Source: Acidobacteriota bacterium
GTDB taxonomy: Bacteria > Acidobacteriota > UBA890 > WLXD01
NCBI GenBank assembly: GCA_963666055.2
Contig: CAXWPH010000006.1
Location: forward strand, 288,001 to 352,000
Direction: 5' to 3'
DNA length: 64,000 nucleotides
In this document: positions 11,021-18,906 of the stretch, one piece after another
How positions within the stretch are numbered: the stretch's first letter is position 1
Layout: each line of letters opens with the position of its first letter
Notes under the pieces: model-generated
Seen by the model: the letters and a program-made list of their open reading frames with translations, nothing else
What the model was told of the DNA's origin: nothing
Databases searched by the model: none
Translations under genes and position numbers: made by a program

Positions 11021-11698
11021 ATGCCTGAGGACGGGATGTTCGGGACGATTCGTCGAGAAACGCCCCTGCACGAGTTCAACGCCGCCGAGGTCGGCCGAGA
11101 CCAGGTCGGAGCTTGCGCACCGGTGAACTCAGGTTCCGCAGCAACCCCCGCCGCAGGGGGCGTGCAGCTGCGCGAGCGCCCCTTCCTCGGCCATCTCAAC
11201 CTGCGGGGGGATCCAACCGACGAGGCCTTCCGAGGGGCGGTGCGGGAAGTGCTCGGGATCGGCCTGCCGTTGGAGCCGAACAGCGTGGCGGCAGACCCCG
11301 AGGCGACGGCTCTCTGGCTCGGACCGGATGAGTGGCTGCTCCTGACACCGCCGGAGCAGAAAGCCGGCATCGCCCAAGGCCTCGAGGACGCCTGCGTCGG
11401 CACGTTCGCCGCCGTCACCGACGTGAGCGGGGGCCAGACGGTCATCAACGTCCGGGGTCATCGCGCCCGCGATGTGCTGAGCAAGGGTAGCCCCGTGGAT
11501 TTTCATCCGCGCGCTTTCGGCGCTGGCCGCTGCGCCCAGACCCATCTCGCTAAGGCGATGGTGATCGTGGGGCAGCTGGATGAATCGCCCTCCTTCGATA
11601 TCATCGTGCGGCGCTCCTTCGCCGACTATCTTGCGCGCTGGCTCAAGGACGCGGCCCGGGAATACGGCGTGCTGGTCGTCGAACCCTCGAGCGGCTGA
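11021..11698 (+). CDS. soxG: sarcosine oxidase subunit gamma (orphan)
   Basis: LRERPFLGHLNLRG, LWLGPDEWLL, DVSGGQTV, RRSFADYL are characteristic of SoxG. Confidence 0.85.
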   Translation: MPEDGMFGTIRRETPLHEFNAAEVGRDQVGACAPVNSGSAATPAAGGVQLRERPFLGHLNLRGDPTDEAFRGAVREVLGIGLPLEPNSVAADPEATALWLGPDEWLLLTPPEQKAGIAQGLEDACVGTFAAVTDVSGGQTVINVRGHRARDVLSKGSPVDFHPRAFGAGRCAQTHLAKAMVIVGQLDESPSFDIIVRRSFADYLARWLKDAAREYGVLVVEPSSG

Positions 11699-11707
11699 CC
11701 ACGTCTC

Positions 11708-11768
11708 GTGCCAACCCGGTATGACGCGATCGTCATCGGCGCCGGCCACAACGGGCTGATCTGCGCTC
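11708..11768 (+). pseudogene. about 20-codon N-terminal fragment of a phytoene-dehydrogenase-like FAD oxidoreductase
   Basis: Manual translation (V/M)PTRYDAIVIGAGHNGLICA, then homology ends. Confidence 0.7.
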
Positions 11769-11879
11769 AAACGATCTAGCAGGGACGCTACACGTGCGCA
11801 TCGATGCACAAGGCCGATCGGAGACCGTCGTGCTTGCTGCGCCGGGAGAGCGAGTCGAGGTACCGATCCAGCTGAGCGC

Positions 11880-12084
11880 CCCCGGCCGCGTGCAGTCGTT
11901 TCGCCAACCCTTCGAGGAGCCGACGAGTCTCCTCCGGGTAGCCTTCACTGGAGCGGATCGCAACGAGCTCACGCAATAGCTCGAGCCCCAGCGGCTCCGT
12001 GTCCACTTGGAACCGGGCGGCCGAGCCGGTCACGAACAACGCGGCTAGCGTGGCCGCGAGCGCGCCGCGAGCGCCGGGTGTCAC
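11880..12084 (-). pseudogene. N-terminal fragment of an M20-like metallopeptidase
   Basis: GTG overlaps the upstream stop; signal peptide then LELLRELVAIRS...LAKRLHAAG; truncated. Confidence 0.55.
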
Positions 12085-13244
12085 GAGATCATTACCGTGC
12101 GCGCGAACTGGGCGTTGTTCTCCCAGCTGGTCCTCTTCTCGGCCAGGTCCTCCAGCACCGGCTGTACCCTGCCATTCGCATCGATGGCGCGCGACACGAC
12201 GGTGTGCTCCCCTGCCGTGGCACCTTCCCAACGGTATACAAAGAGCTTCCAGGAGTACTTCGTATTGCGCGGATCCAGCGTCGCTTGCTCCCAGGGCCCG
12301 TCGTCGATCTTCACCTCCACCCGAGCCAGCGGCGTCCCGTCGGTCAAGGCGAACCCGTGCACGGTGTGATGGTCGGCAGCGCGCGTGACCCGGGCGATGG
12401 CCGACTTCAGCTGGATGCGGGTGACCGAGGTCTCCATGTACTTGAGGCTGCCTCCCACCTGCTTGGCCGTCAGCGTGACGTAGTGGTTGGCCATGAACTT
12501 GCCCATGAATCGACCTTCCTGCACGTGGATCTGCTTGAGCCATTTGACCTGGGCAACGCCGTACCAGCCCGGGATGATCAGCCGCAGCGGCGCTCCCTGA
12601 TGGATGCTCAGCGGCTCGCCGTTGAGCTCGTACGCAAGCATGGTGTCGTCGCGCAGGGCGTCTTCTAGCGACATGCTGCGGGCGTATTGCTGATCGACCA
12701 GCCAGCTACTACCCCGCTTCTCGATCGTCTCGGTTCCCACATCGGCACCGAAGAAGACCACTTCCTTGCCGGCCGGCTCGACGCCCACCTCGTCGAGCAA
12801 CGCGCGCAGACTCGTACCGCCCCAGCGGCCGTTGCTGACCAGCCCGTGGAAGCGGCGGCGGCTGTTGCCGGAGCACTCGAACGCACAGGCCAGCTCCGTG
12901 CGCGGGCGTCGACGGATGTCCGCCATCGACAGCTTCTGAGGCCGCGACACTTGCCCGCTGATCTCGAGCTCGTGGGTCGCAGCGTCCACTTCAGGATGCC
13001 CGTAGTGCTGAACGGTGAAGAACTGGTCGGCCGGCGTAAAGAATTCGTCGATCTCGCGGATATCTACGAGCCGAACGATTGGCGTCGGGTTGGTTTCGAA
13101 CCCGTCCGGCATGTCGGTGAACGGAACCGTTTCGTCTTGCGACATCGCGGCCAGCGCCCAATTCGGCACACCGACCACCATCGATCCGGCGACGATCGCA
13201 CCGGCCTTCGTCGCGTCGCGGCGCGTCATGCGCTCAGACATCAT
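12081..13244 (-). CDS. sulfite oxidase-family molybdoenzyme (SorT/SoxC-like), Tat signal
   Basis: TRRD signal; FFTVQHY, Mo-ligand ECSGN, GAD, LAYELNGEPL..HQGAPLRLIIPGWYG, VKWL, SRAIDANG. Confidence 0.9.
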   Translation of the reverse strand: MMSERMTRRDATKAGAIVAGSMVVGVPNWALAAMSQDETVPFTDMPDGFETNPTPIVRLVDIREIDEFFTPADQFFTVQHYGHPEVDAATHELEISGQVSRPQKLSMADIRRRPRTELACAFECSGNSRRRFHGLVSNGRWGGTSLRALLDEVGVEPAGKEVVFFGADVGTETIEKRGSSWLVDQQYARSMSLEDALRDDTMLAYELNGEPLSIHQGAPLRLIIPGWYGVAQVKWLKQIHVQEGRFMGKFMANHYVTLTAKQVGGSLKYMETSVTRIQLKSAIARVTRAADHHTVHGFALTDGTPLARVEVKIDDGPWEQATLDPRNTKYSWKLFVYRWEGATAGEHTVVSRAIDANGRVQPVLEDLAEKRTSWENNAQFARTVMIS

Positions 13245-14045
13245 CCTCCTCCTTCGGAAACCCGGCGAATCGGCATCCCGGGCCGGTTCCCAGTGGTCTC
13301 TCCGTTTTGGTACACGATCTGCCCGTTGACCCAGACAGTATCAATTCCGGCCGACGAAAGGTGCGGCTCCTCGACCGTGGAGCGATCGATCACCGTCGCC
13401 GGGTCGAACAAGACGAGGTCGGCGTAGGCGCCTTCCTCGATCGTGCCGCGATCGACGATCCCGACGTGAGCCGCCGGCAGGGCGGTGATCTTGTGAACGC
13501 CCTCCTCGAGGCCGACGACGCAGCGATCCCGTACGTAGTGGCCCAGGAACCGGGTGAACGTTCCGTAGCCGCGCGGGTGGGCGCCGGCCAGACCGCCATC
13601 GCTACATATGTTGGCGTACGGCCACGCCATGATCGCCTCGATATCGGGCTCGTCCATAGCGAACCCGAGCATCGACGAGCGGGCCGCGTCGCCGCCCCGC
13701 CGAGCGAACTCAGCATCGACCCCCAGCAGGTCCATCAGTGTCGTGTACGGGTCCGCGCCTCGCTGCTCTGCGATCTCGGCCACGCTCATGCCGTTGTACT
13801 CCGGCTGCGCCGGGTAGTTCGCCAGCAGCAGCCCTTCGGGCCGCATCATCTCCTGGAGCACATACTCGGCGCCCTCGCGGCGGCCCGGATCGCGGTCCGG
13901 AAACACGGTGAGCAGCCATCGGAAGCCGGTCTGCAACGCCGCGTAGGGGTAAACGTCGGCGGTGATATCGACGCCCGAAGCACGCGCCTCGTCGAGGATG
14001 CCGATCAGCCGCTCCGCATGTCCCCACCAGCGCGGCATCGCCACA
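13241..14045 (-). pseudogene. N-acyl-D-amino-acid deacylase, C-terminal fragment
   Basis: GVDITADVYPY, SDGG..HPRGYGTF, DRGTIEEGAYADLVLFDP, VWVNG; the N-terminal metal-binding half is missing. Confidence 0.8.
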
Positions 14046-14583
14046 TGGCGCCTGGACCTACTCCGCCGGTGCTTCATGGCGGGGGCGTGTTTGAAACAAA
14101 CGACGCTAAGGCGCACGAGATTGAACCCGACACCATCGATCTTCATTGATGTCATCCGTCGAGCCCGAGCGGCGGCTGAGGCCGAGCAACAGCAGTGAAC
14201 CCGAGAGCAAGCGAAACGGCGAGGTGAGCGAATGGACCTAGAGCAGCGAGTCAAGCGACTGGAGCGAGAAAACAGGCACTGAAGATCGCAGGCGGTGCCG
14301 TGGTGTCGGTGCTGCTGGGCGTTGCGTTGGCGGGTGCGGTAGCTCCACAAGAGGAAGGATGGTTCCGCTATCGCGTGAAGCGTGACCAACCGATCATCCC
14401 TTCCGCCATTTCAGCAAACGAGTCCGAAAACCCCTTGCCGAGACAGTAGAGTTCACCCGAAGGGAAGGTGACGTAGGGAGGCCCTGTTTCCAAAGCGCCT
14501 CTTGCCCAGGCCGGCGTCCTGGCTTTGTCACCTCACCGGTAGGTCGTGGTCATGGGATCGTTCCCGTGGCACTCCAGCTGCCG

Positions 14584-15030
14584 ATGAACAAGCGAGTCGT
14601 ACTCGCCGTGGCCCTGGCACTTGGTGCGAGCGGCCTCGGAGCGGCTCAGACCGCTGCCGACCGGATCCTCATAGCCGGGCGTATCTTCACCGCGCACGAC
14701 CAGGAGCCCTGGGCGGAGGCGTCGCGATTCGCGGCGACCGCTTCGTGTACGTGGGATCACGAGAGGGCGTCAGGGCCCACCAGGGCTCCCGAACCGTGGT
14801 CGATGAGCTCCCCGACGCGTTCATCACCCCCGGCTTCACCGACTCCCACGTCCACCTCATCTGGGGCTCGGATTCCCTCGATCGCGTCGGCCTCGGTGGC
14901 GCGCGCAACCTGGCGGACATGCTGGCCCGTCTCAAGGCGTTCGCCGATGCACACCCGGAACGGGACTGGATCGTCGGGGCGGGCTGGGGGCTTGGGGCAT
15001 TGGAGCAGTCCCCTTACCACAGCGGTGGTA
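14584..15030 (+). pseudogene. amidohydrolase-3 (YtcJ-like) N-terminal fragment, frameshift near 14718
   Basis: Signal peptide plus GRIFT..PWAEA / VAIRGDRFVYVG, PGFTDSHVH, WIVGAGW; ends after about 150 aa. Confidence 0.8.
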
Positions 15031-15049
15031 GTTGCTATCGATTCGGGAC

Positions 15050-17014
15050 TTAGATCCGCGGGAACCAGCCGTGGCGCATCTGCACGAGCTCTCCGACGGC
15101 GCGGTGCGCCTCGTCGAAGGCGGTCTGGGTGAGATCGATCCCCGAGGCATCGGTGTTGGCGATCGTGATCCGCCCGAAGGGCTGACTGGCGACCTTCCAG
15201 GGCTCCTCGCCGGGAGGCGACTCCGGATCGAACAGCGTGTTGGTCGCCAGGGCGTAGCCGTGCGGCCAGCGGTTCACGGTGATCGCCTCGATGTCGCGCG
15301 CCGGGTCGAAACCCGCCGGCGACAGCACCCGCGCCATCTGGTCGCGGATCCGTCGTTCGAAGTCCTCGAAGGATGTCTCCAGGAGCGCTTGTCGCACCGC
15401 TCGCATCTGCTCCCGAACCGGTGTGCCCGGGGGGATCGGCTCGCCGCGGCGTAGGCCGCGAACCATCGGTTCCCAGGAGAGCACCCCTCCGCCAGCCCCC
15501 AGCGAGACGACGATCGGGTCGGCGGGCGTGCGCGGTGGATCGTAAGTCCCGAGCGTGATCGGTGCGCGAGGGCGGATGGCGCTGTAGAACGAGCCCGGAC
15601 ACGAAACGCTGGAGACGCCGAGCTCCTCGAGTGCCCGCCAGTCGCGCACCAGGACGTTGGTGGACATATTCACGGCGCGTGCGGCGAGGCTCAGCGCTTC
15701 CTTCTGCTCGGATGGAAGCTCGGGACACAGGTGCGGGATCATGGTGTGGTAGCAGGCCAACACACAGCCCTTGCCGCGCACCCGGTAGGCCTTGCCACCG
15801 CGGACGTAGGTGATCTCGGTCTCGCGGGAGTCCGAGCTCAAGACCTGCGGTGGATCGCCGACATGCTGCGCGCGGACGGCGGCGCTGTTGAGCCGCAGAC
15901 GCACGGGCGAGCGCGGCTCGTCGAGCTTCGAGTAGTCGGTTCGCCGGAGCTCGACGCTCGCCATCGATCCCGCTGGTAGGGCCGCCGGGATCAACGAGCG
16001 CACGATCATCCGCGCGATGTCGGAGTTGCCGGCCGGGAAGTAGACGTCGGTGGTGTCGTGGTCCGGGTGGGCCGGTGACTCCGGCGGAACCTCGAAGCCG
16101 AGCCCCTGGAAGCCCGGCAGGCCGCGATAGAGGGCGAACCACGCGCTCGAGGTATCGGCGCCCAGACACCAGACCCCACCAACCAGCGGCAGCACGTCCG
16201 GATGCACTTGGACGACATCCAGCAGGTAGTCGCGGTAGCTGATGCGTTGCAGCCGTTCGATCTTCTCCTCGCGGGACAGCCCCGGCAGATAGTCGCGCCG
16301 GTCGTTCCAGAGCCGCAGCAGGTCCCGGCGTATCGGCTCAGTGAGCGGCGTCTTGGCGAGGAACTCCGCCGTGGGTCGGCGGACGCTGCCGTTGACGAGG
16401 ACGTCTTTCCCGAAGCTCTCCTTGCCAAAGAAAACGGCTGGCTCCAGCCCCAACTCCCTGAACATCCCTCGATGGACGTTGTTGGTAGGATGATCCAGCT
16501 CGACGCCGATGTCCTCGAGCATCTCCCGCGCCGGCAGCGGATAGCGGTCGGGCGCCACCATGTAAGACGTGCCGCCGGTCACCAGCAGCACTTGGCCGTC
16601 GTGCTCGAACTCGTTGCGCCTGGCGTGGCCGCCAAAGTCGTCGTGGTTCTCGAGAATCAGCACGCGGGCGTCAGGGCTCGTCGCCTTGCGGAAGAAGTAC
16701 GCCGCCGCCAGACCGCTGAGGCCGGCGCCGACCACGATCAGGTCGTAGGTCTCGCCGGTGTCCTCGGCGTCATCCCACGTGACGCCGTCGCGGGCGGCGT
16801 GGGCCGCCTCGAACGAACCGGGGTGCGAGCCGCGCATACCGGTACGGGCCGGCGGGTAATAGTCGGCTGCCTTCTCGGGGCCGTGGGCCTGGCTGACGCC
16901 TGCGGCGCGAAGCCTGGCCGGCAAGGCCATCGCACCGCCGACCGCGACGCTCACGCCGTTGACGAAGTCGCGCCGGGTGATATTGCGGTCCATTCCGAGT
17001 CCACGATCGCGCAT
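15050..17014 (-). CDS. spdH: spermidine dehydrogenase-like FAD oxidoreductase, Tat signal
   Basis: ITRRDFVNG, YYPPARTGMRGSHPGSFEAAH, VVGAGLSG, ENHDDFGGHARRNEF, ITVNRWPHGYA resemble Pseudomonas SpdH. Confidence 0.8.
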   Translation of the reverse strand: MRDRGLGMDRNITRRDFVNGVSVAVGGAMALPARLRAAGVSQAHGPEKAADYYPPARTGMRGSHPGSFEAAHAARDGVTWDDAEDTGETYDLIVVGAGLSGLAAAYFFRKATSPDARVLILENHDDFGGHARRNEFEHDGQVLLVTGGTSYMVAPDRYPLPAREMLEDIGVELDHPTNNVHRGMFRELGLEPAVFFGKESFGKDVLVNGSVRRPTAEFLAKTPLTEPIRRDLLRLWNDRRDYLPGLSREEKIERLQRISYRDYLLDVVQVHPDVLPLVGGVWCLGADTSSAWFALYRGLPGFQGLGFEVPPESPAHPDHDTTDVYFPAGNSDIARMIVRSLIPAALPAGSMASVELRRTDYSKLDEPRSPVRLRLNSAAVRAQHVGDPPQVLSSDSRETEITYVRGGKAYRVRGKGCVLACYHTMIPHLCPELPSEQKEALSLAARAVNMSTNVLVRDWRALEELGVSSVSCPGSFYSAIRPRAPITLGTYDPPRTPADPIVVSLGAGGGVLSWEPMVRGLRRGEPIPPGTPVREQMRAVRQALLETSFEDFERRIRDQMARVLSPAGFDPARDIEAITVNRWPHGYALATNTLFDPESPPGEEPWKVASQPFGRITIANTDASGIDLTQTAFDEAHRAVGELVQMRHGWFPRI

Positions 17015-17098
17015 ACCTATTCCTCGAGTCAGGGCGCCCCTTCGGTTGTGAGCTTCAGAGCACGCCTGCGGTGATGGACCAAGCGAACGGAGGCCGGC

Positions 17099-18643
17099 TT
17101 ACGCGTGCGGTGCGATCTCGGTCATGTACCACTTGATAAATCCGGCCGGTCCCCCTTCTCGCGTGGCGTACGGTTGCCCGCCGCGGAAGTTGTAGCGACT
17201 GTTCTGGATCCCGTGCTGGTTGTTCTCGACGATCCATAGATCCTCTCGGTAGGTGACGTCCCAGAGCTCCATCATGCGCTCCACGTCCACCTCTTCATCC
17301 TTGGCGTCGCCCTTGACCAGCCAGAAGATCTCGACATCGGTCGACTGTATGTCTCGTGGGGTGAAGCGGGCAACCGCGATGTGGTCGTCGTAGGCGGCGA
17401 AGAACGACGTCGAGAAACCGGTCGTTGCGCCGCGCCGCTGATGCGTCCACTCGTCGAGGATGAGCGGCGCCACCGGCTTGCCATCGAGGCTGCCGGTGAC
17501 GAAGCCGGGTGAGAGGTGGCGGTTCATCGTGTAGCTGTTCTGGTTCGCGTTGTCCTGTTGCCGCTCCGTGTGCTCGTGGCTCACCAGTTCCTGCTCGAGG
17601 TTGGCGCGTTGCTCGGGGGTCATCACGTGCGCTTGCTGCCACCACTGGACCATCACCAACGACTTGTGCGCCGGCTCGCAGTGATAGCACTCCTGGAAGT
17701 TCTCGACCGCCAGCTTCCAGTTCGCCTTCGTCGGGTACTGCTTGCGAGCTACTACTTTCAGATTCGCGGTTCCATAGAGCTTGGAGACCCCTCGCCACCT
17801 GGCCACGAAGTCGTCGAAGCCCGCTGGTTCTTCGTCGGCCAGGCTGACGAAGATGAAGCCTTCGACCATCTGCACGTGGGCCGGGTGCAGGCCGTGCTGG
17901 TCTTGTTCGAACCCCTCCGGCATCCCGGTTGGCAGCGAGATCAGCTTGCCGTCGAGATCGTAGGTCCAGGAGTGATACGGGCAACGAAAGACCGCTGTGT
18001 TACCGCTCGGTCCCTGTTGTGCTACCGACAGCCGCGAGTCCGCCGGCTTGCCGTCGAGCGTCGCCTCGCCGGGCAGGTCCTTGTCGAAACCGTGCAGGCA
18101 GAGCCGCGATCCGCGGTGTCGACAGACGTTGTGGTAGGCCTTCACGGCACCGTCGTTGGCCCGCAGGATGATGAGACTGCCGCCACGGCCGAACTCGAAG
18201 ACGAAGTAGTCGCCCGGATTGGGAATGCGGCTGTCATGGTCGGCCATGAACCAGAACTGCTCTTGCAGGAAGCGCTCTTCGTTCAGCCAGTGCTTCTCGG
18301 CGAGGTAGTACTCGGCCGGAATCGTGGTGCCTTCTTGCCAGCCGCCCGGATAGCTGGGGGCCTCGCCGGGTGGCGACATGATCTCCTCCAGCAGCACATC
18401 GCGACCGTCAAAATCCTCGCCGCCATACGTCACTTCGGGCGGCATCGTGATCGGACCCCGAGCTGCGGATGTCGCGGCCTTTGCTGCCTCCGACGTTCCC
18501 TTCTCCGTCAGCGTTTCACCACGCAGCACCTTGGGAAGCGCCACCGCGGCCGCTCCCGCCGCAACCGATGTCTTGGCGAAGTCGCGACGGCTGACCTTCT
18601 TGCGCTCGGTGTCCTTGTTCTTCTTGCCCCCTCTCTTGCTCAT
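17099..18643 (-). CDS. Rieske non-heme iron oxygenase alpha subunit (GbcA/choline-monooxygenase-like) with twin-arginine signal
   Basis: CRH...CPYH Rieske ligands; NWKLAVENFQECYHCEPAH mononuclear Fe site; ED near the C-terminus; N-terminal SRRDFAK; AGGAGG RBS before ATG 18643. Confidence 0.88.
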   Translation of the reverse strand: MSKRGGKKNKDTERKKVSRRDFAKTSVAAGAAAVALPKVLRGETLTEKGTSEAAKAATSAARGPITMPPEVTYGGEDFDGRDVLLEEIMSPPGEAPSYPGGWQEGTTIPAEYYLAEKHWLNEERFLQEQFWFMADHDSRIPNPGDYFVFEFGRGGSLIILRANDGAVKAYHNVCRHRGSRLCLHGFDKDLPGEATLDGKPADSRLSVAQQGPSGNTAVFRCPYHSWTYDLDGKLISLPTGMPEGFEQDQHGLHPAHVQMVEGFIFVSLADEEPAGFDDFVARWRGVSKLYGTANLKVVARKQYPTKANWKLAVENFQECYHCEPAHKSLVMVQWWQQAHVMTPEQRANLEQELVSHEHTERQQDNANQNSYTMNRHLSPGFVTGSLDGKPVAPLILDEWTHQRRGATTGFSTSFFAAYDDHIAVARFTPRDIQSTDVEIFWLVKGDAKDEEVDVERMMELWDVTYREDLWIVENNQHGIQNSRYNFRGGQPYATREGGPAGFIKWYMTEIAPHA

Positions 18644-18733
18644 GTCACCCTCCTGCGGCCCGCGGACAGGACGTCCGGATGCCTGCAATGCAAACACAAG
18701 TACGCCGCTTTTACCACGGCATTGCCAGGTTAA

Positions 18734-18773
18734 CTATTCGGCTCGTGAGATATCTATTCGGCTCGTGAGATAT
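18734..18773. repeat. exact 20-bp tandem duplication ctattcggctcgtgagatat x2
   Basis: Copies at 18734-18753 and 18754-18773. Confidence 0.9.
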
Positions 18774-18780
18774 CGGCCCG

Positions 18781-18810
18781 TTGACAGAGGTTGCGGCGCA
18801 GTGCTAATAA
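18781..18810 (+). promoter_or_regulatory. sigma70-like promoter for the TonB receptor
   Basis: Perfect TTGACA at 18781, then tgctaataa at -10 distance. Confidence 0.55.
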
Positions 18811-18813
18811 CCC

Positions 18814-18851
18814 TTTGAGCATTAGCCAATTTTTTGAGCATTAGCCAATTT
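18814..18851. repeat. exact 19-bp tandem duplication tttgagcattagccaattt x2
   Basis: Copies at 18814-18832 and 18833-18851. Confidence 0.9.
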
Positions 18852-18906
18852 GATGTCGGGCGACGCCGTTGCCCCCGGGTGATGAGGTTGCCCAGGAGGT
18901 GGTGGA

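Noticed and set aside
14400-14540. Possible structured RNA or riboswitch upstream of the amidohydrolase fragment
   Set aside because: Short hairpins (tcacc..ggtga) only; no family consensus recognised. An Rfam scan would be needed.
18734-18851. CRISPR array
   Set aside because: Only two copies per unit, no spacers and no cas genes.
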